A stretch of DNA of 64,000 nt from Deltaproteobacteria bacterium (lineage in GTDB: Bacteria; Desulfobacterota; Syntrophobacteria; BM002). Position numbers and translations under genes: made by a program. The stretch spans positions 1,920-65,919 of the forward strand of contig JAJDNB010000084.1 in NCBI GenBank assembly GCA_022340905.1, given 5' to 3'. Shown piece after piece: positions 39,986-49,746 of the stretch; the stretch's first letter is position 1, and every line of letters starts with the position of its first letter. Under the pieces are notes generated by a model that searched no databases, was not told the origin of the DNA, and saw nothing but the letters and a program-made list of their open reading frames with translations.

Positions 39986-40851
39986 AATACTTCTATTACT
40001 CCGGATGTTCTTTGGAGGGCACTGCGCTCGAATATGACATCTCCACCCGAGCGGTCATGCAAGCACTGGGAGTAGAACTGATCGAGTTGGATGATTGGAC
40101 CTGCTGCGGCGCCAGTGCAGCAGAGGCGGTCAGCGAGCTCCTTTCAATGGTACTTCCGGCTCGCAATCTGGCTTTGGCTGCAAGAATGGATCAAGACTGT
40201 GATTTTGTGATCCCCTGCAGTGCATGCTACCTCAATCTCAGGAAGGTAGACGAGCACCTAGATAGGGACGAAGGACTCCGAGAGAAAATCAATGCTGTCC
40301 TGCAGGAAGAGGAATTAAGCTACAAAGGAGGCATCAAATCTCGCCATTTGTTGGATGTACTTGCTACCGATATTGGTGCCGAGATGATCAAGGCTAAGGT
40401 AAACCGCAAGCTGTCAGGGCTGCGCATCGCTCCATATTATGGGTGTCAAGCCTTACGTCCTTACGGGGGCTACGACGACCCGGAAGAACCTCGATGTATG
40501 GAGCCGTTGATCGAGGCTCTTGGTGCAGAGGTGCATCCTTGGCCAATGGGTGCCAAATGCTGCGGTGCCGGGCTCATGACCACTAAGAAAGAAATCGCCC
40601 TTGAACTAACTGGTGAGCTGTTGAAGGCAGCGAAAGGGGCCGACTGTATTGCTACAGTATGTCCCATGTGCCAAATGAACCTAGATAGCTATCAGAAAAA
40701 GGTGTCCCAGGTCAAAGGTGAAGACTTGAGAATCTCGGTTCTCTATCTACCCCAGCTAATTGGTATGGCTTTTGGACTAAACGCAGAGGCTCTAAAATTA
40801 GATCTCAATATGGCTTATACTGATTCTTTACGAACAAAGCTCAAGAATTGA
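39982..40851 (+). CDS. hdrB: Heterodisulfide reductase subunit B-like (two CCG domains)
   Basis: YYSGCSL, DWTCCGA, PCSACY, YYGC, KCCG, CPMCQMNLD. Confidence 0.94.
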   Translation: MKYFYYSGCSLEGTALEYDISTRAVMQALGVELIELDDWTCCGASAAEAVSELLSMVLPARNLALAARMDQDCDFVIPCSACYLNLRKVDEHLDRDEGLREKINAVLQEEELSYKGGIKSRHLLDVLATDIGAEMIKAKVNRKLSGLRIAPYYGCQALRPYGGYDDPEEPRCMEPLIEALGAEVHPWPMGAKCCGAGLMTTKKEIALELTGELLKAAKGADCIATVCPMCQMNLDSYQKKVSQVKGEDLRISVLYLPQLIGMAFGLNAEALKLDLNMAYTDSLRTKLKN

Positions 40852-40866
40852 TTGCTTCAAGTGAAT

Positions 40867-40897
40867 GGGCGAGGTATATCCTCGCCCTAAGTTTTTT
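40867..40897 (+). terminator. Probable terminator of the hdr unit
   Basis: GGGCGAGG-TATAT-CCTCGCCC followed by TAAGTTTTTT. Confidence 0.6.
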
Positions 40898-40905
40898 CCG
40901 TAGAC

Positions 40906-40933
40906 ATATTACATAGTATGTGCTATGTAATAT
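40906..40933. promoter_or_regulatory. Candidate TetR operator
   Basis: Perfect 11-bp inverted repeat ATATTACATAG-N6-CTATGTAATAT directly before the TetR ATG. Confidence 0.7.
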
Positions 40934-40935
40934 CT

Positions 40936-41526
40936 ATGCCCGTGACACGCCACAATAAGAAGGAAGCGCAGGCACGAGCAACCCACAAGAAGATTCTCAT
41001 GGCCGCAACCGAATTATTCGCGCGCCAAGGCTACCACAAGACCACGATTACCGACATAGCTCAAGGGGTGAATTTGACCTCAGGCGCTGTGTTCCATCAC
41101 TTCCCTTCCAAAGAAGCTTTGCTGCAGGCAGTGGTGGACTGGTTGGCCCGGGGCATAGAGATCTATTCACAACATCTCAACCAGGCAGAAAAGGGTTCCT
41201 TGGCCGTGGCCCAGGGTGTGGTGGATATAATGTGCGAGCATTTTCGTCGGCAACCCGAGGCAACAATCTGCCTGGCAGCACTGGCCACAGAGTTTGCCGG
41301 CAGCAAGCACCCAATGGAGAAGCGGCTAAAGGTGGTCTATGAGGACTTCATCGAGGCCTTTTCTCGTATACTGCAAAACCATCCAAAGGTAACCGACTCA
41401 CGGGGGGCTGCAACCGCCCTCATAGGCGCAGTACAGGGTATCGCAGTTCAGGGCCTTTTGCAGGGCCCGGAGCGTTCCATTGATGACCTAGCTGAAGGTT
41501 TTATGGCATTGTTGTTAGAGTGGTGA
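40936..41526 (+). CDS. TetR-family regulator
   Basis: ILMAATELFARQGYHKTTITDIA...GAVFHHFPSKEALL. Confidence 0.93.
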   Translation: MPVTRHNKKEAQARATHKKILMAATELFARQGYHKTTITDIAQGVNLTSGAVFHHFPSKEALLQAVVDWLARGIEIYSQHLNQAEKGSLAVAQGVVDIMCEHFRRQPEATICLAALATEFAGSKHPMEKRLKVVYEDFIEAFSRILQNHPKVTDSRGAATALIGAVQGIAVQGLLQGPERSIDDLAEGFMALLLEW

Positions 41527-41687
41527 TACTGAGGAGAGTACTGAACCACGAAGATCACAAAGAACACAAAGTTAAGTATTGGTGGCTCTGTAATTACTTC
41601 AGGATTTCACCATAATCTCTTTGTGGCCTTCGTGTACTTTGCGGTGAGACCTTATTTATAAGCAGTAAAAGAGAAAGGAGGAGGAAA

Positions 41688-42479
41688 GTGAACATAGTGG
41701 TCTTGCTTAAGCAGGTGCCGGACACCGAGACCAAGATCAGGATCGGTGCTGGCGGTAAATCCATAGATACCAGCGACATCAAGTGGATCATCAGCCCTTA
41801 CGACGAATATGCCGTGGAAGCTGCTCTTCGGCTCCAAGACAGTGCTGGAGCGAAGGTGACCATTCTCAGCATGGGGCCGGAACGAGTGGTGGAGTCCATC
41901 CGTACCGCTTTGGCTATGGGAGCAGACCATGGGGTATTGGTTGATGACCCGGCGAGCGAAGGCAGCGATGGACTGGGCAAGGCGAAAGTTTTGGCGGCAG
42001 CACTTGGGAGCATGGATTTCGATTTGATTTTCTGCGGCCATCGAGCGGTTGACGACGATGAAAATCAGGTGGGAATTATGGTTGCCGAGCTCATGTCACT
42101 GCCGCATCTGGGGTTAGCCGTCTCAATAGAGGTTGCGGATGGAAAGGTAACAATACAACGGCCCATTGAGGGGGCAAAGGTGACTTTGGAGGGGACGCTG
42201 CCGGCACTGGTGACCTTCGGCGGCGCCCATGCAATATGGAATCCCAGGTATGCTTCGCTACCGGGAATTATGAAAGCCAAAAAGAAGCCTCTAGAGACAA
42301 AGACCCTTGCCGATTTGGGGCTGTCAGCCGCCGATGTGGGGGCTCAGGGAGCCAAAGTGAAAGTGACTTCTATGGAGTTGCCGGCGGAGAGGCAGGCGGG
42401 CCGGAAGCTTGAAGGTGACACCGGAGAAAAGGCGAAAGAGCTGGTTCGGTTGCTCCATGAGGAGGCCAAGGTAATATAG
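41688..42479 (+). CDS. etfB: Electron transfer flavoprotein beta subunit
   Basis: KQVPDT, PYDEYAVEAAL, ALAMGAD, PRYASLPGIMKAKKK. Confidence 0.96.
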   Translation: MNIVVLLKQVPDTETKIRIGAGGKSIDTSDIKWIISPYDEYAVEAALRLQDSAGAKVTILSMGPERVVESIRTALAMGADHGVLVDDPASEGSDGLGKAKVLAAALGSMDFDLIFCGHRAVDDDENQVGIMVAELMSLPHLGLAVSIEVADGKVTIQRPIEGAKVTLEGTLPALVTFGGAHAIWNPRYASLPGIMKAKKKPLETKTLADLGLSAADVGAQGAKVKVTSMELPAERQAGRKLEGDTGEKAKELVRLLHEEAKVI

Positions 42480-42555
42480 CAAATGTCTAAAATGAGCTAA
42501 AGTGCCTAAAGTGTCTAAAATTACTAACCTTTTAATATGTTAGGAGAATGCGAAG

Positions 42556-43548
42556 ATGGCACAGGGAGTGTGTGTAATAACTGAGTTTAGGGAAGGCGCA
42601 TTTCGCCGGGTATCTTTTGAAATTGCCAGTGAGGGCAGGAGACTCGCCGATGAATTGGGGGAGCCTCTCTTGGCTCTGGCACTTGGTGAGTCCATTGATG
42701 CCCTGGCAGCCGATCTCGGCAACTATGGGGTAGAGAAAGTGTATGTGGTGGACGACCCGAATCTCAAGAATTATAGAGCCGAGACCTATGTGCCGGTGGC
42801 CGCTGAAGTTCTGAATAACCTCGATCCAAAAGTGATTCTCACCCCCGCCTCAGTGGACGGAAAGGATTTCAGTGCCCGGCTAGCAGCCAGACTTGGGGCA
42901 GGTTTGGCCACAGACTGTACTGAGTTAAAGGTGGAGGGGGGTTCCCTCAAGGCCAAGAGGCCAATGTACGCCGGAAAAGCCTTTGCTTGGTATGAGTGGG
43001 CTGATGGAGCCTGGCCGCAGATGGCCTCCTGCCGGCCCAATGTAATGGACTGTCTTGCCCCTGACACCTCCAAGAAAGCTGAAGTGGAAGGAGCTGGGGT
43101 GGAAGTAGTTGCCGGTACTCAGACCCAGGTTGTGAACATTGAAAAGGATGCCGGGGGCAAACTTGACCTTACCGAGGCAGAAGTCATTGTTTCAGGTGGC
43201 CGAGGCATGAAGGGACCGGAAAACTTCGCCATGTTGGAGGAACTGGCAAAGCTACTGGGCGCTGCTGTGGGCGCCTCGCGCTCGGCAGTTGATTCGGGCT
43301 GGCGGCCCCATTCAGACCAGGTGGGGCAAACCGGCAAGGTGGTCACTCCTAACCTCTACATAGCCTGCGGCATATCTGGGGCAATTCAGCACCTGGCGGG
43401 CATGAGCTCCAGCAAGTACATCGTTGCGGTAAACAAGGACCCTGAAGCCCCAATCTTTAGTAAAGCAGATTACGGCGTGGTAGAGGATCTCTTTCAGTTC
43501 ATGCCGGCCTTAATAGAGGAAGTCAAGACGCTCAAATCAACATGTTAG
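42556..43548 (+). CDS. etfA: Electron transfer flavoprotein alpha subunit
   Basis: [29 protein letters not shown]. Confidence 0.96.
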   Translation: MAQGVCVITEFREGAFRRVSFEIASEGRRLADELGEPLLALALGESIDALAADLGNYGVEKVYVVDDPNLKNYRAETYVPVAAEVLNNLDPKVILTPASVDGKDFSARLAARLGAGLATDCTELKVEGGSLKAKRPMYAGKAFAWYEWADGAWPQMASCRPNVMDCLAPDTSKKAEVEGAGVEVVAGTQTQVVNIEKDAGGKLDLTEAEVIVSGGRGMKGPENFAMLEELAKLLGAAVGASRSAVDSGWRPHSDQVGQTGKVVTPNLYIACGISGAIQHLAGMSSSKYIVAVNKDPEAPIFSKADYGVVEDLFQFMPALIEEVKTLKSTC

Positions 43549-43665
43549 CTGGCCAGGGGCCGCTAACAGCAGACAGCATGTAGCGGGCAGCAGGCAGCAA
43601 GTAAATCTTGGAAACTTTACTGCCAGCTGCGCGCTGCTAGCTGCCAGCTGATCAGGAGAGTTGCC

Positions 43666-45723
43666 ATGCAACCGGGTCATTTTCCCGCAAATATTCTGTT
43701 TTTTCTGATTTTCATTGCCGCTAACGGATTTTTCCTCTTCACTGTTTACAGGCTCTACCGAATCATGCGATTGGGCCAACCAGAGGATCGATTTGACCAT
43801 ATTGGAGAACGACTCGAGGGTGTGGCAACCTTTGTATTCGGGCAGCGGCGGGTGATAAGGGAGCCGTCCGGCTGGGGTCACTTCTTCATCTTCTGGGGTT
43901 TCGTAATAATCACCATCGGCAGCATAGAGACCTTTGGTGTTGGTATCTACCACGGTTTTGCCTACTGGAAGTTTCTGGGAAAAGGTCTCACGAGCTTACT
44001 CTATTTACTTCAGGACCTGTTTTGTGCTGCTGTTATTGTTGCCTTGGGTGTTGCGCTCTATAGACGCTTTGTAGTTAGACCCGAACGTCTCAAATATGAG
44101 GACCAGAAGGCAGTAAACCAAGATGCCTCTATCATCATTGCTCTCATCCTTCTTTTGATCGTACTGCTTTTTGGGGCGCGGGCAACGGAATACCTTCTGG
44201 CCCAGGGGGAGCCGGGTCGATACTTTCCCAGGCTGGCATTCATCTCGGTTGGCTGCTCTTATCTCTTCTCAGCGCTCACTGCAGAGAGTTTGCGGGCTTG
44301 GTACAGTTTTTTTTGGTGGGGTCACACGATGGTTATCCTGGGATTCCTCATCTATATTCCTTTCTCTAAGCATCTGCATCTGCTTGGAGCAATTCCCAAT
44401 GTATTCTTCAGGCGGCTGGGCTCAGTCGGCGCACTCAGGAAGATGGACTTAGAGGACGAAACAGCGGAAACATACGGGGTTTCAACGATAGAGGAATTCA
44501 CCTGGAAGCAACTCTTGGATCTCTATGCCTGCACAGAATGTGGTCGCTGTTCGGATAACTGCCCTGCCACTCTTACTGGAAAACCTTTGAGTCCCAAATT
44601 AACCATTCACCGTCTCAAAGAACACCTGCAAGTAAAAGGCAAAATGCTGATTGCGCAGCAGGGTTCGGCGGAAATTCCTGCAGGTAACCCCGAAGATGAG
44701 AAAGCCAAAGTGCTAATAGGAGATATCTGTCGACATGATGAACTCTGGTCCTGCACTACCTGCGGCAACTGCGTTGAGCATTGCCCGGTTTTCATAGAAC
44801 ACATTGATAAGTACGTTGATATGCGACGTTACTTGGTACTGATGGAGAGCAGTTTTCCTGCCGAGGTACAAAATGTAATGCGCAATTGGGAAACTAACTC
44901 CAATCCTTGGGGTCTCGGTTTCGCCACCCGCGGAGATTGGGCTAAAGGGCTGGCAGTGAAAACCTTGGCTGAGGATTCTCACGTTGAGTATCTTTTTTAT
45001 GTTGGGTGTGGAGGGAGTTTTGACGAGCGGGCCAAAAAGATCAGCTCCGCCATGGTAGCACTCCTGAATGAGGCGGGCGTCAGTTTTGCTATCCTCGGGG
45101 CTGAGGAAAAATGCTGTGGAGAAACGGCACGGAGAATTGGCAACGAGTATCTTTTCCAGACCATGGCTGTGGAACTGGTGGAAATAATCAACTCTTACGG
45201 AGTAAAGAAAATCATCACCACCTGTCCCCACGGATATAATTGTTTAAAAAATGAGTATCCCCAGTTTGGCGGGGAGTGGGAGGTCTACCACCACAATGAG
45301 GTCCTGGCCCAATTGCTCGGTGATGGTCTTTTACAGACAAAACTGCCACTGGACAAGCATCTGGTTTTCCACGACTCATGCTACCTGGGAAGGTACAATT
45401 CAGTTTACGACCAGCCGCGAAAGGTGATCAAGTCGATTCCGGGACTGCGATTTTCTGAAATGGATCGAAGTCGGAACAAGTCTTTTTGCTGCGGCGCAGG
45501 CGGCGGCAGGATGTGGATGGAAGAAACTCTGGGGGATCGCAAAATCAATGATGCTCGAACCGAGCAAGCCCTGACGCTGAAGCCGGACATCATAGGCGTG
45601 TCCTGTCCCTTCTGCACCACTATGTTTGAAGACGGGCTGAAAGAGCGAAATATGGAAGAACAGGTCAGGGTTTATGACCTAGCCGAACTGCTAGTCCGAA
45701 CAATAAATCCGGGGAAAAAGTAG
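43666..45723 (+). CDS. Membrane heme-b/Fe-S CCG oxidoreductase (ETF:(methyl)menaquinone oxidoreductase-like)
   Basis: N-terminal TM region with His (GWGHFFIFWGF, WWGH, SKHLH); CTECGRC..CP and CTTCGNC..CP; two CCG domains; directly after etfBA. Confidence 0.88.
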   Translation: MQPGHFPANILFFLIFIAANGFFLFTVYRLYRIMRLGQPEDRFDHIGERLEGVATFVFGQRRVIREPSGWGHFFIFWGFVIITIGSIETFGVGIYHGFAYWKFLGKGLTSLLYLLQDLFCAAVIVALGVALYRRFVVRPERLKYEDQKAVNQDASIIIALILLLIVLLFGARATEYLLAQGEPGRYFPRLAFISVGCSYLFSALTAESLRAWYSFFWWGHTMVILGFLIYIPFSKHLHLLGAIPNVFFRRLGSVGALRKMDLEDETAETYGVSTIEEFTWKQLLDLYACTECGRCSDNCPATLTGKPLSPKLTIHRLKEHLQVKGKMLIAQQGSAEIPAGNPEDEKAKVLIGDICRHDELWSCTTCGNCVEHCPVFIEHIDKYVDMRRYLVLMESSFPAEVQNVMRNWETNSNPWGLGFATRGDWAKGLAVKTLAEDSHVEYLFYVGCGGSFDERAKKISSAMVALLNEAGVSFAILGAEEKCCGETARRIGNEYLFQTMAVELVEIINSYGVKKIITTCPHGYNCLKNEYPQFGGEWEVYHHNEVLAQLLGDGLLQTKLPLDKHLVFHDSCYLGRYNSVYDQPRKVIKSIPGLRFSEMDRSRNKSFCCGAGGGRMWMEETLGDRKINDARTEQALTLKPDIIGVSCPFCTTMFEDGLKERNMEEQVRVYDLAELLVRTINPGKK

Positions 45724-45867
45724 GGTGAATATCCATCCTGCAAGAATCTCTCGACCTTGTCCATGGACATATGATAATTTGGCAGACAGTTCCAATCCGC
45801 ATTATCGCACAATAATCTCTACCCTTCGCTGCCATCTCTGAGGTGAAAGATACACGGAGGAAGACCT

Positions 45868-47550
45868 ATGGAAAAGACCTGGCACCAATTTTATGACGAG
45901 GGTGTTCCCCACGACATAGATCCACCCCAGGACCCTCTCTTTGTTTGTCTGGAAAGGAGCGCTCAAGCATTTCCTCAGATGACAGCAACCGAGTTCATTG
46001 GAGCGCGCCTTACCTATCAACAGCTTGCAGATCAGGTAAAAAGGTTTGCAGCTTCCCTCAGTCAATTGGGAGTCGAACCCGGCGACCGGGTCGCCATTAT
46101 GCTGCCGAACTGTCCTCAAACAATCATCACTTACTACGCCACCCTCAGAATTGGTGGTGTGGTGGTGATGACCAATCCCATGTATGTGGAACGGGAGCTT
46201 GGTCATCAGCTGCGCGATGCCGGGGCCAAGGTCTTGGTGGGGTTGGATCATCTTTATCCCCGGATAGACAGGGCGTGGAAAGATACTGCGGTCGAGCAAC
46301 TGGTGATTACCAGTATCCGGGATTACCTTCCCTTTCCGCTAAATTTCCTCTACCCCCTCAAGGCCAAAAAGCAAAACTTGAACATGAAGGTGCCCTATGG
46401 CGGATCCATCCATTCGTTCAAAAGACTGGTCCAGGACAGCCCCGGAAATCCACCCCTCCCGGAAGTGGCAGTAGATGATTTGGCTCTGCTCCAATATACA
46501 GGCGGTACCACGGGGGTGGCAAAAGGAGTGATGCTTACCCATGGGAATCTGGTTGCCAACGTTATGCAAATAAGCGCCTGGTTGCCCAGCCTCAATTGCG
46601 GTGAGGAACGATTTATCTGTGTTCTACCTTTTTTCCATGTCTTCGGTATGACCGCGGCAATGAACTGGCCAATTTATCTTGCCGCAACCATGACGCTCCT
46701 GCCCCGTTTTGAGACCAAGGATTTTCTGAAAACCATAAATAAGTCCGGACCAACTATAGCGCTGCTGGTACCAACAATCTTTACGGCGTTGATCAATTAT
46801 CCGGAGATCAGCAAATACAATCTCTCATCGATCAATTATGTGGTCAGCGGCTCCGCTCCCCTGCCAGTGGAGATAATGAACCGTTTTGAAAAACTGACCG
46901 GCAGCGTAATCCTGGAGGGCTACGGCCTTACAGAGTCGTCGCCCGTAACCCATGTGAATCCGGTAAAGAGTAAACGCAAGGCGGGCTCCATTGGTATTGC
47001 TCTCCCCTCCACAGACGCCCGGATAGTGGATTTGGAAACAGGAACAGAAGAGCAGCAGGTGGGACAGCCTGGGGAACTGGCGATCAAGGGACCTCAGGTT
47101 ATGAAAGGTTACTGGAATATGGACGAGGAAACCGCCAAGACCATCAAAGACGGGTGGCTCCACACCGGAGACATAGCCCACATGGATGAAGACGGCTATG
47201 TCTTTATCATCGACCGCAAAAAAGACATGATTATTGCTGGCGGCTACAATATTTACCCGCGGGACATTGATGAAGTTCTTTACGAACATCCCAAGATTGC
47301 CGATGCTGTGACCATTGGTGTACCAGATGAATACCGGGGTGAGACAGTCAAGATTTTCGTGGTGGTGAAACCCGGTGAGACGTTGACTGAAGAAGAGGTA
47401 ATAGCTCACTGTAAGGAAAGACTTGCGTCGTATAAGGTGCCGCGGCTGGTGGAATTTCGTGAAGAACTGCCAAAAACCATGGTCGGGAAGGTGCTCCGCA
47501 AAGAGCTGCGGGCAGAGGAGCTTCGTAAACGGAAAGAGAAGAAAGAATGA
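45868..47550 (+). CDS. fadD: Long-chain acyl-CoA ligase
   Basis: QYTGGTTGVAKG, EGYGLTE, GWLHTGD, PKTMVGKVLR. Confidence 0.93.
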   Translation: MEKTWHQFYDEGVPHDIDPPQDPLFVCLERSAQAFPQMTATEFIGARLTYQQLADQVKRFAASLSQLGVEPGDRVAIMLPNCPQTIITYYATLRIGGVVVMTNPMYVERELGHQLRDAGAKVLVGLDHLYPRIDRAWKDTAVEQLVITSIRDYLPFPLNFLYPLKAKKQNLNMKVPYGGSIHSFKRLVQDSPGNPPLPEVAVDDLALLQYTGGTTGVAKGVMLTHGNLVANVMQISAWLPSLNCGEERFICVLPFFHVFGMTAAMNWPIYLAATMTLLPRFETKDFLKTINKSGPTIALLVPTIFTALINYPEISKYNLSSINYVVSGSAPLPVEIMNRFEKLTGSVILEGYGLTESSPVTHVNPVKSKRKAGSIGIALPSTDARIVDLETGTEEQQVGQPGELAIKGPQVMKGYWNMDEETAKTIKDGWLHTGDIAHMDEDGYVFIIDRKKDMIIAGGYNIYPRDIDEVLYEHPKIADAVTIGVPDEYRGETVKIFVVVKPGETLTEEEVIAHCKERLASYKVPRLVEFREELPKTMVGKVLRKELRAEELRKRKEKKE

Positions 47551-47764
47551 TAACCACCTCCGTACGAGATGCGGGGAACGACAGATATCGACCGCAATAT
47601 CCAGCCGGCAGCAGGCAATAAATGAGAGGTTAGGCTTTGCTGCCAGCTGCTTGCTGGGCAAAAGGGCCGGCCAGATAAAGGAGAGAGACGGAGAAGCCAA
47701 ATGCTGCTGTATAGCGCAAGCGCATGGCATAAACGCCGTGCGCTATGCGTTTTTGGGGACAAAC

Positions 47765-48535
47765 ATGCCTACGGTAGAGGTTGAAGGACGAACCATTCAT
47801 TATGTAACTGGAGTCAATGGGATCGCCCCAGGCAGGCGGAACATAATTTTCGTTCACGGAGCCGGGGGCAACGCATTTTCCTGGCAGAACCAGCGAAGGG
47901 CTCTGGACCGGGGAGTAAACATCATCTGTGTTGATCTGCCCGGCCATGGTCAAAGCCCGGGACCAGGCTGTGCGAGCATTGCTGAGTATAGCTACTGGTT
48001 GAACCTCTTCGTCCATAGCCTGAGCTTACGAGGTGTGATCGCTGCAGGGCACTCCATGGGCGGTGGCGTGATTATTGAGGCAGCCTTGGAGGATGCGGAA
48101 ATGCTAGAGGCTTTGATATTTATTGGCAGTGGAGCCCGACTCAGGGTGAGTTCCGAAATATTGGAAAGTTTAGAGAGCGATTTTAAGACGGCGGCGGAAC
48201 AGTTGCTGCGGAAGTGCTATGGTCCGGAAAGCTCTAAAAGACTAATTGAATGGGGGTTGGAACATTTGTTTGGCGAGATTCCGGAAGTGGTTATGGCTGA
48301 CTTCCGGGTATGCAATGACTTCGATCGCATGGACGATATTGCTCAGATCAAAAAGCCCGCCTTGGTACTCTGCGGCAGTGAAGACATAATGACCCCACCC
48401 AAATACTCTCAATATCTTGTCGAGAAGCTGCCGCGAGCCACCTTGAGGATAGTTGAAAAAGCTGGTCACATGGCAATGTTGGAAAAGCCTTTCGAGGTAA
48501 ATGCTTCCATCATAAAGTTCCTGGCAACTCTCTAG
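47765..48535 (+). CDS. Alpha/beta hydrolase
   Basis: FVHGAGG, DLPGHG, GHSMGG nucleophile elbow, AGHMAMLE. Confidence 0.9.
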   Translation: MPTVEVEGRTIHYVTGVNGIAPGRRNIIFVHGAGGNAFSWQNQRRALDRGVNIICVDLPGHGQSPGPGCASIAEYSYWLNLFVHSLSLRGVIAAGHSMGGGVIIEAALEDAEMLEALIFIGSGARLRVSSEILESLESDFKTAAEQLLRKCYGPESSKRLIEWGLEHLFGEIPEVVMADFRVCNDFDRMDDIAQIKKPALVLCGSEDIMTPPKYSQYLVEKLPRATLRIVEKAGHMAMLEKPFEVNASIIKFLATL

Positions 48536-48702
48536 CTTCGCTGTCATTTGGCTAAAGCCGTGAATATGCTTCGCGGTCATTACGCTTCGCTGGCATGTAT
48601 TGCGAGAGGAGTTTTAGAATGATTGACCATGAATGGGGCAAATGACAACAAATGGCGACAAATGACGGTTGATTAGCCCAAGTGACGCCGAAGACAATTG
48701 AC
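48536..48702. repeat. GTCAT/ATGAC element, copy 4 (inverted relative to copy 1)
   Basis: gtcattacgcttcgctggcatgt and aaatgacggttgattagcccaagtgacgccgaagacaattgac are near reverse complements of segments of copies 1 and 2. Confidence 0.78.
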
Positions 48703-48748
48703 TAAAAATGGCGGCGGGTTGCTTTACGCAGGAACAGGGGCTCTATGG

Positions 48749-48778
48749 CCAATAAGGACCAATAAGGACCAATAAGGA
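48749..48778. repeat. Perfect 10-mer tandem repeat CCAATAAGGA x3
   Basis: Direct reading. Confidence 0.9.
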
Positions 48779-48802
48779 TTTGTTGAGGGGGCAAGCTCTT
48801 TG

Positions 48803-49516
48803 TTAGTCGCCCTTCCTAGGAGGCTTCATCTTAAGCCCAAAGATGAGAACAAAAACAAGTGCTATTAGGAAAAATGGTGCTACGCTCCTCAACTCTTCTG
48901 GACTGGCATAATTGAGAAAGTACGTCCAAAAACGAGGGACTCTGGGGTCAGTCTGCCAGGAAGATTTCACATCGGCAGCGGCAAGTTCGTTGCGTCCTAT
49001 CTTCCAGTAAAGCTTAGCTCTGGTTCTGTAAGCATCTGATTTGGCCCGCAGATCTCCTCTGAGTTCGATTGCCTTATTGGCATCAAGGAAAGCTTTCTCA
49101 TCTTGGCCGATCAACCGATATGCTTCAGCCCGGTAGGCGTAGGATTTGAGATTGTCCGGTTCTAGACGGATGGCGTTGCTGAAGTTACTAATGGCCGGTT
49201 CATAGTTTTCACTTTTGAGATAGCCCATGCCAAGCATCCAGTAGGCCTCAGCTTTTGCCGGTTCAAAATCAAGATATTTATTGTAATCTTCAATCACCTT
49301 GTCATATTTTTCTTGAAAATAGTAAAGCAATCCTCTTTTTTCATAGGCCTCCGCCAGGTTTGGGTTTAATTCCAATGCCTTGGTAAAGTATTCAATTTTC
49401 TTGCGAGTACTCGAGCCCTTAACTCCAAGATCGTAGTAGTCCATGGCATTTTCGCCATGAACAATGGGCACAAAAAGCAACATGAGTGCGAGGAGAAATA
49501 TGGTCGTCTTATTCAT
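48803..49516 (-). CDS. Exported TPR protein with C-terminal TM anchor
   Basis: Signal peptide, TPR repeats (KALELNPNLAEAYEKRG), C-terminal hydrophobic helix. Confidence 0.85.
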   Translation of the reverse strand: MNKTTIFLLALMLLFVPIVHGENAMDYYDLGVKGSSTRKKIEYFTKALELNPNLAEAYEKRGLLYYFQEKYDKVIEDYNKYLDFEPAKAEAYWMLGMGYLKSENYEPAISNFSNAIRLEPDNLKSYAYRAEAYRLIGQDEKAFLDANKAIELRGDLRAKSDAYRTRAKLYWKIGRNELAAADVKSSWQTDPRVPRFWTYFLNYASPEELRSVAPFFLIALVFVLIFGLKMKPPRKGD

Positions 49517-49746
49517 TGCTAGATTCGCAACCTCTGTAAGAGGTGGTTTGAGCCCGGGCAATTAGTCAATTATCCGGGCTAGACGATTAAACGCCCGACC
49601 TCGCCAAGCTTTGGAATGCTGGACGTTACAGATAAGACAATGAACCTGTTGGCCAATTATAACAAGATGGTTGAGAAGAGTATTAACTTTTTAAGCGGTT
49701 GTGCATTTTATTACGCAGCATTTTCATTCTTGCCCTTATGAGGTCC

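Noticed and set aside
47423-47764. N-terminal extensions in the ORF track (hydrolase 47423, ABC ATPase 52661, cutA 58084, fur 1618, ubiE 5564)
   Set aside because: They run through repeat arrays, promoters or upstream genes; downstream starts fit the families better.
48749-48778. CCAATAAGGA x3 and the GTCAT elements as CRISPR arrays
   Set aside because: Units are too short, there are no regular unique spacers, and no cas genes are present.
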